Positions 48,327 to 57,978 of a stretch of 64,000 nucleotides of DNA are shown in pieces. Positions within the stretch are counted from its first letter, which is position 1. Every line of letters starts with the position of its first letter. Made by a program: the position numbers and the translations under genes. The notes below the pieces were generated by a model, which did no database searches, was not told the origin of the DNA, and saw nothing but the letters and a program-made list of their open reading frames with translations. Origin of the DNA: Myxococcota bacterium (GTDB lineage Bacteria > Myxococcota > JAJVIH01); NCBI GenBank assembly GCA_022072125.1, contig JAJVIH010000018.1, forward strand, positions 27,868 to 91,867, in the 5' to 3' direction.

Positions 48327-48545
48327 TCAGGAAACCTTGTAAACCTCCCCCGAAGGATCATCCGGAGCGCCTTCCGGAATATCCCGGGTGAAAGTGACGA
48401 ACGCCATGGCCGGACGCTTGGAGGTGTCCCGCATGGCGAAGTGGATCCCCTCAAAATTCCAGCCCTGGGAGACAAATTCGTTGACGATCTGCTCCAGGGT
48501 TTCATCGGTGACGGTGCTGGTTTCGACAAATTTGAATTTCAGCAT
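48327..48545 (-). CDS. DUF4177-like small protein
   Basis: 'KFVE.S.V...LE...NE....GW'; AAGGAG RBS before ATG 48545. Confidence 0.7.
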   Translation of the reverse strand: MLKFKFVETSTVTDETLEQIVNEFVSQGWNFEGIHFAMRDTSKRPAMAFVTFTRDIPEGAPDDPSGEVYKVS

Positions 48546-48547
48546 GG

Positions 48548-50095
48548 TCACTCCTTGCGCCGCTGCACGGCGCGAACCAGGGCCTCGACCAATCCCTGGA
48601 GGGTGCTTGGATGGGCTTCGGCCGCCGGCTCAACCCCCAGTTCACGAAGGGTCTCGCTGGTGACCGGACCAATGGACACCGCCCGGATCGGCGCATCCTC
48701 GGGGTCATGACCCCGGCGCACAAGCAGGTCCATGAAATTGCGGGCCGTCGAGGAGGAGGTGAACAGCGCCCATGTGTGGGGATCATCCGCCGCCTGCTCA
48801 AAGGCGTCCAGATCAAACTCCGGCTCCACGTTCTGGTACAGCACCAGTTCGTGGACGTGATGGCCCGCCGCCTTCAGTCCTTCCGGAAGGGTGCGGCTCG
48901 CTTCCCGGGCCTGAAACAACCACAGATTGGCGGGGGATTGCAGCCGCCCGATCAATGCTTTCAACACCCCTTCGCCGCGGAAGTCCTCGCCGGGCAACAG
49001 GTCGGCGATCAGTCCCGTGTGTTCCTTGAGCGCGCGCGCGGTGGAGGGTCCCACCGCCGCGGTCAGGCAGCCCGCGAAGGCGCGAATATCCCTGCCCATG
49101 GCTTCCAGCAGTTCGGCGGTGCGGCGCGCGCCGTTGGGACTGGTCCACACCAGCACATCGCCGGGGCGGATGGCGTTCAGGGCCTGCTCCATGGCCTCGC
49201 GCGCGGGGATGGGCTGAATCTCGATGGCGGGCATGCGCAACACCTGGGCGCCCAGTTCCTCCACCATCCCCGCCAATTCGCTGGCCTGACCCGCCGCGCG
49301 GGTGATGATCACCCGCTGTCCAAACAATGGTTTGCCCGTGAACCAGTTCTCGAAACCCTCCACAGCCGCCACCGCGCCAATCACAATCATGGCGGGCGAG
49401 TCTATTCCGGCGCTTTCCATGCGCGCGGGAAGATCAGCGGCGGCGCACCGGAGTTGGCGTTGTCCGGGCTGGGTTCCCCGTTCCACGCAGGCCGCCGGAG
49501 TGGCGGGGTCCAGGCCGCCATCAATCAGTTCGCGCACGATATCGCCGCAGCGGGACACCCCCATGTACACGCACAATGTCGCCCGCAGCCGGGCCAACAG
49601 CCGCCAGTCCACCGCGCTGTCCTGCTTGGCGGGGTCTTCATGTCCGGTGACAAAGACCACCATCGAAGTCAGGTTGCGGTGGGTCACCGGAATGCCCGCG
49701 TACGCCGGGGCGGCCGCTCCGGAGGTGACCCCGGGAACCACCTCGCAATGCAGGCCCGCCGCGGTCAGGGCGATCATCTCCTCGCCGCCGCGCCCGAAGA
49801 CGAAAGGATCGCCGCCCTTGAGCCGCACCACGATCCGGTTGGTGCGCCCGTACTCGATCAACATGTCCGTGATGTCGTCCTGACCGGTTTTGAAGCGGCC
49901 CGCCGACTTGCCGGCGAAAACGCGGTCGCATTCCGGGGGCAGCAAATCCAGCAGCGCGGGGTGGACCAGGTGATCGTAGATGCAGACTTCCGCCGCGCCC
50001 AGCAGTTGCGCGCCGCGCAGGGTGATGAGGCCGGGATCGCCGGGCCCGGCCCCGACCAGGTATACCCCCGGAACAAATTTGCGGCGTTCGTTCAT
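48548..50095 (-). CDS. cobA: Uroporphyrinogen-III C-methyltransferase / uroporphyrinogen-III synthase fusion (CobA-HemD)
   Basis: '[15 protein letters not shown]', '[17 protein letters not shown]', then HemD 'ITR..GQA', 'TSPNG', 'FTSSSTA', 'IGPVT'. Confidence 0.92.
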   Translation of the reverse strand: MNERRKFVPGVYLVGAGPGDPGLITLRGAQLLGAAEVCIYDHLVHPALLDLLPPECDRVFAGKSAGRFKTGQDDITDMLIEYGRTNRIVVRLKGGDPFVFGRGGEEMIALTAAGLHCEVVPGVTSGAAAPAYAGIPVTHRNLTSMVVFVTGHEDPAKQDSAVDWRLLARLRATLCVYMGVSRCGDIVRELIDGGLDPATPAACVERGTQPGQRQLRCAAADLPARMESAGIDSPAMIVIGAVAAVEGFENWFTGKPLFGQRVIITRAAGQASELAGMVEELGAQVLRMPAIEIQPIPAREAMEQALNAIRPGDVLVWTSPNGARRTAELLEAMGRDIRAFAGCLTAAVGPSTARALKEHTGLIADLLPGEDFRGEGVLKALIGRLQSPANLWLFQAREASRTLPEGLKAAGHHVHELVLYQNVEPEFDLDAFEQAADDPHTWALFTSSSTARNFMDLLVRRGHDPEDAPIRAVSIGPVTSETLRELGVEPAAEAHPSTLQGLVEALVRAVQRRKE

Positions 50096-50216
50096 CTTCC
50101 GCGCACTATGCCGGAGCGGGGGCTTCTTGCAAGCGGACGCGCGGCGCGTTAATCGGCGGGGCGGGCAAGCCCTTGGGCGTGAACCGCCAGGAACAGCCCG
50201 TTCACAGGAAACCAGC

Positions 50217-51506
50217 ATGTCATTTCCCCCCGTCGAAGAACAGATGGAGTTGCTGCTGCGCGGAACCACCCATGTGCAGGTGGAGCAGGAACTGTGCGAG
50301 CGCCTGAAGGAAAGCCGCGAACAGAACCGTCCCCTGCGCGTCAAGGCCGGGTTTGATCCGACCGCGCCGGATTTGCACGTGGGCCATGTGGTCCTGCTCC
50401 AGAAGATGCGCCAGTTCCAGGACCTGGGTCATCAGGTGATTTTCCTGATCGGCGATTTCACCGGGCGTATCGGCGACCCGACCGGCCGCTCGGAAACCCG
50501 CCGCCAGCTTACGGAAGAGGAGGTCGCCGCCAACGCCGAAACCTACCGCCAGCAGGTGTTCAAGGTGCTGGACCCCGCCCGCACCACCGTGGATTTCAAC
50601 TCCCGGTGGATGAACGCCATGAAGCCGCCGGAAATGGTGCGGCTGGCCGCCTGTTACAGCGTGGCGCGCATGCTGGAGCGCGACGATTTCAAGAAACGCT
50701 TCCGGGATGGGCAGTCCATCAGCATCCATGAGTTTCTCTATCCGCTGGTGCAGGCCTACGATTCGGTGGCGCTTCAGGCGGACGTGGAATTGGGCGGCAA
50801 TGACCAGCTTTTCAACCTGCTGATGGGCCGGACCGTGCAGAAGGAATACGGACAGCGCCCGCAGATTGTCCTCACCACGCCGCTGCTCATCGGCACCGGC
50901 GGGCGGATGGCGGATGGAGTGATCACCGGCGACAAGATGAGCAAATCGCTCGGCAATTACATCGGAATCAACGAAGAACCCGATCAGATCTTCGGCAAGA
51001 CCATGTCCATCTCCGATGAACTGATGTGGGAGTATTTTGTCCTGCTGTCCCGCCGCTCGCTGGCGGAGATCGAAGAGATGAAGCAGTCGGTTGCACGGGG
51101 GGCCAATCCGCGCGACTTCAAGGCGGCGCTGGCCGGGGAGTTGGTCTCCCGCTTCCATGGGGAAGCGGCGGGCAAGGCCGCCCGGGAACGGTTCGACAAT
51201 CTGTTCCGCCAGAAACAGGCGCCCAGCGACATGCCCGTGGTGCGCGCCGCCGCCACGCCGGACGGCGTGCTGCTGGCCCGCCTGCTCAAGGACGCCGGAC
51301 TGACGGAATCCGCCGGGGAGGCGCGCCGCATGTTCCAGCAGGGCGCCGTGCGCATCAATGGCGAGAAGGCGGCGAATGAAAACCTGCGGCTGGCGCCGGG
51401 CGAATACGTGGTGCAGGTGGGCAAGCGCCGGTGGGCCAAAATCGTGGTGGAGCAGGATCCACCAGAGTCCCGCGCCGCGCCGGGAAGAGAGCCGCCGGAT
51501 GGTTGA
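50217..51506 (+). CDS. tyrS: Tyrosine--tRNA ligase
   Basis: '[13 protein letters not shown]', 'YPLVQAYDS', 'GGNDQ', 'KMSKS', C-terminal S4 domain. Confidence 0.96.
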   Translation: MSFPPVEEQMELLLRGTTHVQVEQELCERLKESREQNRPLRVKAGFDPTAPDLHVGHVVLLQKMRQFQDLGHQVIFLIGDFTGRIGDPTGRSETRRQLTEEEVAANAETYRQQVFKVLDPARTTVDFNSRWMNAMKPPEMVRLAACYSVARMLERDDFKKRFRDGQSISIHEFLYPLVQAYDSVALQADVELGGNDQLFNLLMGRTVQKEYGQRPQIVLTTPLLIGTGGRMADGVITGDKMSKSLGNYIGINEEPDQIFGKTMSISDELMWEYFVLLSRRSLAEIEEMKQSVARGANPRDFKAALAGELVSRFHGEAAGKAARERFDNLFRQKQAPSDMPVVRAAATPDGVLLARLLKDAGLTESAGEARRMFQQGAVRINGEKAANENLRLAPGEYVVQVGKRRWAKIVVEQDPPESRAAPGREPPDG

Positions 51507-51626
51507 GCCTTCGCGCCGTTTACATTGAACCGGGGGACCGATGTTGATACGATCCGGCCCTTGCCTGGCGGCGGGAGATCATTCCCGCGATCCGGGCCCC
51601 GCTGGCGCTTTAAGGAGATCATTTAT

Positions 51627-53567
51627 ATGAAGTTGACCGGTAAAATCCTGTATTTGACCGATGACCCGGCGTTGATCCAGCGGCAGTTGGAACCCGGAGC
51701 GCCCCAATTCCGTTATCGGGGCGAGCCCCTCGCCTTTGGCGTCAACACCGATGCGATGATCTCCGGACAGGCCTGCACCCTAGGCTATACTGGTGAAATT
51801 CTCGGACCTCATTTTTTAAGAAATTTCAAGGGCGTGGTGGATCTTGAAGCCATCAGAAAAGGCGGATTTGAAGTGATTGTGGGCGGCGACGCCTATGGCA
51901 CCGGCTCCAGCCGGGAAGTGGCGGTGGTCGCACACCAGGGGGCGGGGATCAAACTGGTGGCGGCGAAGAGCTTCCAACGCATTTTCCAGGAAAACATGGT
52001 TTATGGCGGCATGCCGTTCACCACGGATCTGTCCGTGCTCGATCGCCTGCTGGCCGGCGAGGACGTGGACCTGTCCGCCTTCACCCGCGAACTGCCGCCG
52101 TTTTTCCGTGCGGTGTCGCAATCCGGCGGGTTGCTGCCCTACGCCAACCGGCTGATCAGCGGAGAGGCGCGCCCGCCCGAATCGGCGCGTGCGGCCAGGC
52201 GTCCGCTCAACATCACGGAGAAAATCGTGGCGCGAAACGCGCTGGCGGGATCGCTGCCAGAGAACGCCTTTGGCCTCGACTCCGTTCGCCCGGGCGATCA
52301 GGTGCTGGCGCGTACGGATTTCCGCGGCGTCCACGAATATACGGGCGGCATGGTGGTCGCGCTCTATGAAGAGGCCTTCGGCAAGGCGCCGGTGAGCAAT
52401 CCGTCCAGCGTGGCGGCGTTTGAAGACCATTTCGTCCTGCTGGACCACGGAGCGGTGCCGGAGGATGTCCGCGCCTCCCGCCTGAAACCGGCCATGGATC
52501 TGACGAAGGAGATGCTGGAAGGCTGCGCGCGCATGGGCGTGAAGGTTCATGGCCCGCACCGCGATCTGCCTCCGGGGGTTTGCCACCGCCTGGTGGTCGA
52601 ACGCTACGCCCTGCCCGGAACGATCAACGTGCTGACCGACAGCCATACCCCGACAGCGGGCGTGCTCAACTGCCTGGCGTTCGGCGTGGGCTCGACCGCC
52701 ATGGCCTTCGCCATGCGCACCGGACTGATTCCGGTGACCGTGCCGAAAACCGTGCGCATCAACGTCACCGGGCGCGCGGGCAGCGTGGTGTCGCCCAAGG
52801 ATTTGATCCTGCACATCATCGGCGACCCCTACTTCCGCGAGGAACACTGGCGGGAGTCGCCCACCGATACCTGCGTGATCGAACTGGGCGGCCCGGGCTT
52901 GGAGCAATGGAACGTGGACGAGTTGTCGGTGCTGACCAACATGACGGTGGAAGGCGGGCTGATGACCGGCGTGGTCGAACCCTGCGCCCCCATCATCAGT
53001 TTCCTCAAGACCCAGCGCGGCCTGAGCGAGGAGCGGCTGGCGCCCCTGCTGGTCCGCCCGGACCCCGGCGCGGAATACGCCAGGGTCTGGAACCTGGACC
53101 TGGGCGAGGTGCCGGTGACCGTGGCCAGCCCCGGCGACTCCCGCAACCGGGTGGCGCTCGACAAGGCAGGAGACACGCCGGTGCATAATGTCGTGATCGC
53201 CTCCTGCACGGGGGGCTCGCTCGCCGACCTGCGCGCGGCCTTCCAGGTGCTGCGCGGACGAAAAATGGCTCCCACGGTGCGCATGACGGTGACGCCCTCC
53301 AGCCACGACGTGGCGATGGCGGCCGAGAAGGAAGGCATTCTGGAGTTTTTCCGCACGCTGGGCGCGGTGGTCACCGAACCGGGCTGCGGTTCGTGCATTG
53401 GCAACGGGCCGGGCATTCCCCGTCCTGGCGAGATCACCGCCAGCACCACCAACCGGAATTTTGACCGGCGCATGGGCGCTCCGGGCGATGTCTGGCTGGT
53501 CAGTCCGGCCGTGGCCGCCGCCAGCGCCATCACCGGACGGCTCACCGACCCGCGCTCGCTGGACTGA
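51627..53567 (+). CDS. Aconitase-family dehydratase, small-subunit domain fused N-terminal to large subunit (LeuD-LeuC order)
   Basis: N-term 'NTD', 'YGTGSSRE.A', 'AKSFQRIF.EN'; C-term 'EDH', 'GVCH', 'DSHT', 'SCTGG', 'CGSC', 'TTNRNF'; AAGGAG RBS. Confidence 0.88.
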   Translation: MKLTGKILYLTDDPALIQRQLEPGAPQFRYRGEPLAFGVNTDAMISGQACTLGYTGEILGPHFLRNFKGVVDLEAIRKGGFEVIVGGDAYGTGSSREVAVVAHQGAGIKLVAAKSFQRIFQENMVYGGMPFTTDLSVLDRLLAGEDVDLSAFTRELPPFFRAVSQSGGLLPYANRLISGEARPPESARAARRPLNITEKIVARNALAGSLPENAFGLDSVRPGDQVLARTDFRGVHEYTGGMVVALYEEAFGKAPVSNPSSVAAFEDHFVLLDHGAVPEDVRASRLKPAMDLTKEMLEGCARMGVKVHGPHRDLPPGVCHRLVVERYALPGTINVLTDSHTPTAGVLNCLAFGVGSTAMAFAMRTGLIPVTVPKTVRINVTGRAGSVVSPKDLILHIIGDPYFREEHWRESPTDTCVIELGGPGLEQWNVDELSVLTNMTVEGGLMTGVVEPCAPIISFLKTQRGLSEERLAPLLVRPDPGAEYARVWNLDLGEVPVTVASPGDSRNRVALDKAGDTPVHNVVIASCTGGSLADLRAAFQVLRGRKMAPTVRMTVTPSSHDVAMAAEKEGILEFFRTLGAVVTEPGCGSCIGNGPGIPRPGEITASTTNRNFDRRMGAPGDVWLVSPAVAAASAITGRLTDPRSLD

Positions 53568-53608
53568 AAGCCGCACGCGGGAATTTCTTTCAACCCGGAT
53601 CGTGTTCA

Positions 53609-54076
53609 GTGACCTTGTATCCGCCAATCCAGCCATCCGCTTTCCGGCGCCGCGCTGCCGCCATCGGGGTTGCGATGGCCGTGGCGGTGCTGTCTGGCTG
53701 CGTGGACACGGAATCGCCGGTCATTGTGGAAACCACCCGGCTCACCGACACCTCCGACACGGTGGGTCCCTATGAGGTGCTGGCCAGCGTCCGGGACGAT
53801 CGCGGAATCCTGGAAGTCAACCTGTGGTGGGGGCCGGCCAGCGCGCCCCAGACCGGACAAGCCTTCACGAAAACCCCAATGTCCCAGGTGGCGGAAGGAA
53901 AATACCGGGGGTTAATCCCTTCGTCCGCGGACGGCGCCGCCGGTTTTCCGCCCGGCAGCACCATCCGCTATTTCGTGGAAGCGGTGGACAACGACAACAA
54001 CCGCACCCGCGATCCGCCAGAAGGCGCGTTCGCCTTCCGGGTATTGCCACCTCCCAACAAAGCTGTTAATCCGTGA
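53609..54076 (+). CDS. Hypothetical lipoprotein with Ig-like domain
   Basis: Lipobox 'LSGC'; 'YRGLIP', 'YFVEAVD'; start uncertain. Confidence 0.6.
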   Translation: MTLYPPIQPSAFRRRAAAIGVAMAVAVLSGCVDTESPVIVETTRLTDTSDTVGPYEVLASVRDDRGILEVNLWWGPASAPQTGQAFTKTPMSQVAEGKYRGLIPSSADGAAGFPPGSTIRYFVEAVDNDNNRTRDPPEGAFAFRVLPPPNKAVNP

Positions 54077-54115
54077 CGCTTTTCACGCGGCCGCGGGGGC
54101 CGGGAACAGACTGAC

Positions 54116-55183
54116 ATGGCGCAGAACAATGACGGCGCTCCACTGACCTACCGGTCGGCGGGGGTGGATATCCACAAGGGCGACGAGGTGGCGGACGCCG
54201 CCGGACGCCTGGCCCGATCCACGCTCACGCCCTGGGTGGTGTCTGGCGTGGGCGGATTCGCGGGTCTGTTCCGCTTTGATCCCGCCCGGTATCCCGAACC
54301 GGTGATGGCCGCCTGCACCGATGGCGTGGGCACCAAGCTGCTGGTGGCGCTGGCGGCGGGCCGGCACGACACCATTGGCGTTGATCTCGTGGCCATGAAT
54401 GTCAACGACCTGATCGTGTGCGGCGCCGAGCCTCTGGCCTTTCTCGATTATTTCGCCACCGGCGGCCTGGACGCCGCGCAGGCGGAGGCGGTGCTGACCG
54501 GTATCGCCGGGGGTTGCCGCCAGGCGGGCTGCGCGCTGATCGGCGGGGAAACAGCGGAAATGCCGGGCATGTATCCGCCGGGAAAATATGATCTGGCGGG
54601 TTTCGCGGTGGGGGTGGTCAACCGGCCGGACATCATCAATGGGTCCAGGGTTTCCGCCGGAGACACCATCATCGGGCTGCCCTCCAGCGGCCTGCATTCC
54701 AACGGTTATTCACTGGCGCGCAAAATCGTGTTTGAACGCCTGGGCCTGCAGGCCGGCTCCATTTGGTTTGACGGCAAGACCGCTGGCGAACTGCTGCTTG
54801 CCCCCACCCGCATTTACGTGCGCACGGTGCTGGAGCTGATCCGCAAGGTCCCCGTCCACGCCATGGCCCATATCACTGGCGGCGGATTGCCGGGCAACCT
54901 GATCCGCGCCTTTCCCCAAGGCTTGTCCGCAAGGGTTCGCCGCGGCGCCTGGCGTCCGCCGGAGATATTCCTTCGCCTGCAAGAGGCGGGATCGGTCCCT
55001 GCACCGGACCTGTGGGATACCTTCAACATGGGCATCGGATACTGCTTCGTGGTTCCCGCCGCCGCCGCGGACGCCGCAATCTCCGCCCTGTCCGGGCTGG
55101 GCGAGCAACCCATTCTGATTGGCGAGGTATTCGCCAGCCCGGGCGAGCCCCGGGTGGAGTTTGATCCGCCGCTGGGTCCATGA
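54116..55183 (+). CDS. purM: Phosphoribosylformylglycinamidine cyclo-ligase
   Basis: 'Y..AGVD', 'TDGVGTK', 'GGETAEMPG', 'SSGLHSNG', 'HITGGG', 'TFNMG.G'. Confidence 0.96.
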   Translation: MAQNNDGAPLTYRSAGVDIHKGDEVADAAGRLARSTLTPWVVSGVGGFAGLFRFDPARYPEPVMAACTDGVGTKLLVALAAGRHDTIGVDLVAMNVNDLIVCGAEPLAFLDYFATGGLDAAQAEAVLTGIAGGCRQAGCALIGGETAEMPGMYPPGKYDLAGFAVGVVNRPDIINGSRVSAGDTIIGLPSSGLHSNGYSLARKIVFERLGLQAGSIWFDGKTAGELLLAPTRIYVRTVLELIRKVPVHAMAHITGGGLPGNLIRAFPQGLSARVRRGAWRPPEIFLRLQEAGSVPAPDLWDTFNMGIGYCFVVPAAAADAAISALSGLGEQPILIGEVFASPGEPRVEFDPPLGP

Positions 55184-56103
55184 ATCCGTCGCGGTCCAGC
55201 AGATCAGGGGAACGGGGATGGGGCGGTCTGATGCGCCTGTGGCCGTGGCCCATTGGGCTGGTCCTTCTGTATTATACGATTCTCTACCGCCCCGGTTCGC
55301 TGGAATGGGAGCGCGTGCTGAACGATCTGGCGCCGGAAGTGCAGGCCGGAGACCTGGTGATTACCGCGCCGGTGCAATCCTTCCGCTCGATTGTCAATGT
55401 GCCCGATCTGCCGCTGATGGCCCCCATCCATGGCCAGTATTTCGACACCCGCGGCCTGCGGAAAATCTGGCAGGTGTCGGACCGCGGGGTCACTCCGGGG
55501 ATGATCCCCAATTCCATCAACCCGGCGGGACATGGGGGGTGGATGGTGACCGCGCATCCCTACGAAGGCAGGCGGGTCCGCGAACAGGGAAATCTGGTCA
55601 TCACGGAATTTGAGCCGCCCAAACACCGCCTGGGTGAACACCTGCGGGAACTCGTGGTGGAGGTGGAACAGTCCCCCGGCGGGCCCTGGAGCCAATGTCT
55701 GGAGTACAACGGCAAATACCATTGCGGGACGGCGCCCTGGCATTATGTGGGCGAGACGTTCATCCCCGTGCATGAACAGCAGACCCAATGCATCTGGGCG
55801 CATCCCTACGCGGGCCGGAACCTGCGGATCCGCCATCCGGAATGGCCCCTGAGCAAGCGGTTTTTCCTGTATACGATGTTCGGCGATCCGGCGACGCGCG
55901 GCGATATCGCCGCGCCGGTCCGCCTCACCATCCGGGTGGGGAATTACATCCGGCGGGAAATCCTGCATCACCCTTTTCCGGGAACCCGCGTCCATGTGCT
56001 GGAGATGCCGGAAGAAGAAACCCCGGCGTCCGCTCCGCTGATCATTGACGTATTCAGCGAGCGCGAAGGCAAGGCGCATTTCTGCTTCGCGCTGGAGAAC
56101 TGA
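55180..56103 (+). CDS. Hypothetical membrane-anchored extracytoplasmic protein
   Basis: ATGA-coupled to purM; N-terminal hydrophobic segment; C-terminal Cys-containing beta domain ('CIWAHP', 'HFCF'). Confidence 0.65.
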   Translation: MNPSRSSRSGERGWGGLMRLWPWPIGLVLLYYTILYRPGSLEWERVLNDLAPEVQAGDLVITAPVQSFRSIVNVPDLPLMAPIHGQYFDTRGLRKIWQVSDRGVTPGMIPNSINPAGHGGWMVTAHPYEGRRVREQGNLVITEFEPPKHRLGEHLRELVVEVEQSPGGPWSQCLEYNGKYHCGTAPWHYVGETFIPVHEQQTQCIWAHPYAGRNLRIRHPEWPLSKRFFLYTMFGDPATRGDIAAPVRLTIRVGNYIRREILHHPFPGTRVHVLEMPEEETPASAPLIIDVFSEREGKAHFCFALEN

Positions 56104-57901
56104 ATTGCGCGCGCGCGGACTGGAAATCCTGCTGATCAGCGGACTGATATTCGCCTACGGGTGGTTTCATCCGTTTTTCCCCATATCCGCCAATCCCAAC
56201 GAGATCACCCGCTTTTACATGACCCGCGCCCTGGTCCAGCGCGGCGAACTGAAGATTGACGAGGAATTCGCCCGTTATGGCGTGTCGCTGGATCGCTCCC
56301 GCTACAACGGCCATTACTACAGTGACAAGGCGCCCGGGCTATCCCTGCTGTCGGTTCCGTTTTACTGGGCCTACGAACAGTGGCGCGGCAAGCCGGAAAC
56401 CTGGTCCATCCCCCCCTGGGAAGACGATGAACGCCTGGAGTTTTCCGCCCGCGCCTCGCTGAAGGAAGTGTCGCCCGCCATCCGCTTTCTCAAGTGGCCG
56501 GTGATTATCGTTCCTTCCATCCTGCTTTCGCTGATGGTGTTCGCCGCCCTCGCCGGACTGATTCAGTCGCGCGTGCTGGCGCTGTCCCTGACGCTGGCCT
56601 ACGGGCTGGGCACGGTGGCTTATTCCAACAGCCTCATCCTGTTCAGCCACCAACTCACGGCTGCGCTGCTGTTTGGCGCCTACCTGTGCCTGAGGCGGGG
56701 TCTGGATCGCGACAACCCCTGGTGGTTCGTCCCGGCGGGCGCCTGCGCGGGCATGACCCTGATGGTCGAATTTCCACCCGCGATTCCCATTTTCCTGATG
56801 GGCGTTTACGCCATCGCGGTGTTGAAGAAACGCTTCCTCCGCCTTCTGCCCTATCCGCTGTTCGCGGCGCCCTTCATCGCCGGGCTGCTCTATTACCACT
56901 ACCTGGCGTTCGATAACCCGTTCTCCACAGGCTACTCCCACTTGGAGGAGGAAACCTTCACCCAGGTCCACAATCAGGGACTGTTGGGCATCACCCTTCC
57001 AGATCACATCGCCTTCTTTGGCATGTTCTTCGCTCCCCAACGCGGCATCCTGGTGTTCAGCCCCATGCTGCTCTTCGCCATTCCGGGATTCGTGGAAATG
57101 AAACGGCGCCGGTCTGTTCATTTCTGGCCGGTGACGCTGGTGTCGCTGGCTTTCTTCTACATCGTCAGTTCCTACCCGGTCTGGCATGGCGGCGGATGTG
57201 TCGGCATGCGGCACCTGACTCCGCTGATGCCCTTCCTGATGATCCCCACGGCGCTGGGCGTCCAGCGCCTGGCGGGAAGATCCACCCCCTGGTGGGGACG
57301 CGCCGCCGGCGGATTCATGCTGGCCGGGTGCCTGCTGACCATTGTTTCCACCGTGCCATTCCCCCACGCGGCCCTGTTGTACCGGATTCCCTTCCGCGAT
57401 CTGGGCGGCGAACTCTGGAGGTTGGGCTTTTTGCCGCCCAGCGCCGTCTCCGCCATGGGCATGGATGGTTATTCATCCGGCCTCTGGTATCTGGCGGGCG
57501 CCGCTCTGTTGTGCCTGGCGATGTTGATCGCACTCACGCGCTGGATGAGCAGCCGGGAAACGGCGGGAAGCGTTCCTGAAAACGCCGGATGGATGGTCCT
57601 GATTGGTTCGCTGATCCTGCTGATCTGGTTTGTCTCCTTCCCGGATTTCCGCGCATATGATCGCTTCAACGACAGCCGGTTGATCATGCGGCAGTACCAT
57701 CCGCAGCACCGCAATGTGTACAGCCGCTTCAACTGGCCCCCCACGGATGCGGATCTGAAACAACCCGCGTACTGGAGGGCGCGCGGACGCGAACGCACCG
57801 CCGTGCTCGATAACGGCGGCGCGCTGGATTTTTTCACCCACGCCCGTCAACTCGTGGAAAGCCCCGCCACCGGAACACCCGCCTTCGCGCCCTCTCCGTA
57901 A
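56045..57901 (+). CDS. Polytopic membrane protein, GT-C (ArnT/PMT-like) glycosyltransferase candidate
   Basis: Many TM helices; loop 'NPNE..R', 'YYSDKAPGLS', 'RGILVFSP', 'GMRHL.P..PFL'; start codon uncertain. Confidence 0.6.
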   Translation: MTYSASAKARRISASRWRTELRARGLEILLISGLIFAYGWFHPFFPISANPNEITRFYMTRALVQRGELKIDEEFARYGVSLDRSRYNGHYYSDKAPGLSLLSVPFYWAYEQWRGKPETWSIPPWEDDERLEFSARASLKEVSPAIRFLKWPVIIVPSILLSLMVFAALAGLIQSRVLALSLTLAYGLGTVAYSNSLILFSHQLTAALLFGAYLCLRRGLDRDNPWWFVPAGACAGMTLMVEFPPAIPIFLMGVYAIAVLKKRFLRLLPYPLFAAPFIAGLLYYHYLAFDNPFSTGYSHLEEETFTQVHNQGLLGITLPDHIAFFGMFFAPQRGILVFSPMLLFAIPGFVEMKRRRSVHFWPVTLVSLAFFYIVSSYPVWHGGGCVGMRHLTPLMPFLMIPTALGVQRLAGRSTPWWGRAAGGFMLAGCLLTIVSTVPFPHAALLYRIPFRDLGGELWRLGFLPPSAVSAMGMDGYSSGLWYLAGAALLCLAMLIALTRWMSSRETAGSVPENAGWMVLIGSLILLIWFVSFPDFRAYDRFNDSRLIMRQYHPQHRNVYSRFNWPPTDADLKQPAYWRARGRERTAVLDNGGALDFFTHARQLVESPATGTPAFAPSP

Positions 57902-57978
57902 ACATCACGGTTCTCACGACGCCCTGATTGAACGCCCCGCTCTTGCCACCCGGCGCGCCGCTCTGGCATGGTGATCCC

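Noticed and set aside
50179-50205. gtgaac...gttcac inverted repeat before tyrS as SOS box or T-box
   Set aside because: The spacing fits no LexA consensus I know, and the spacer is too short for a T-box leader
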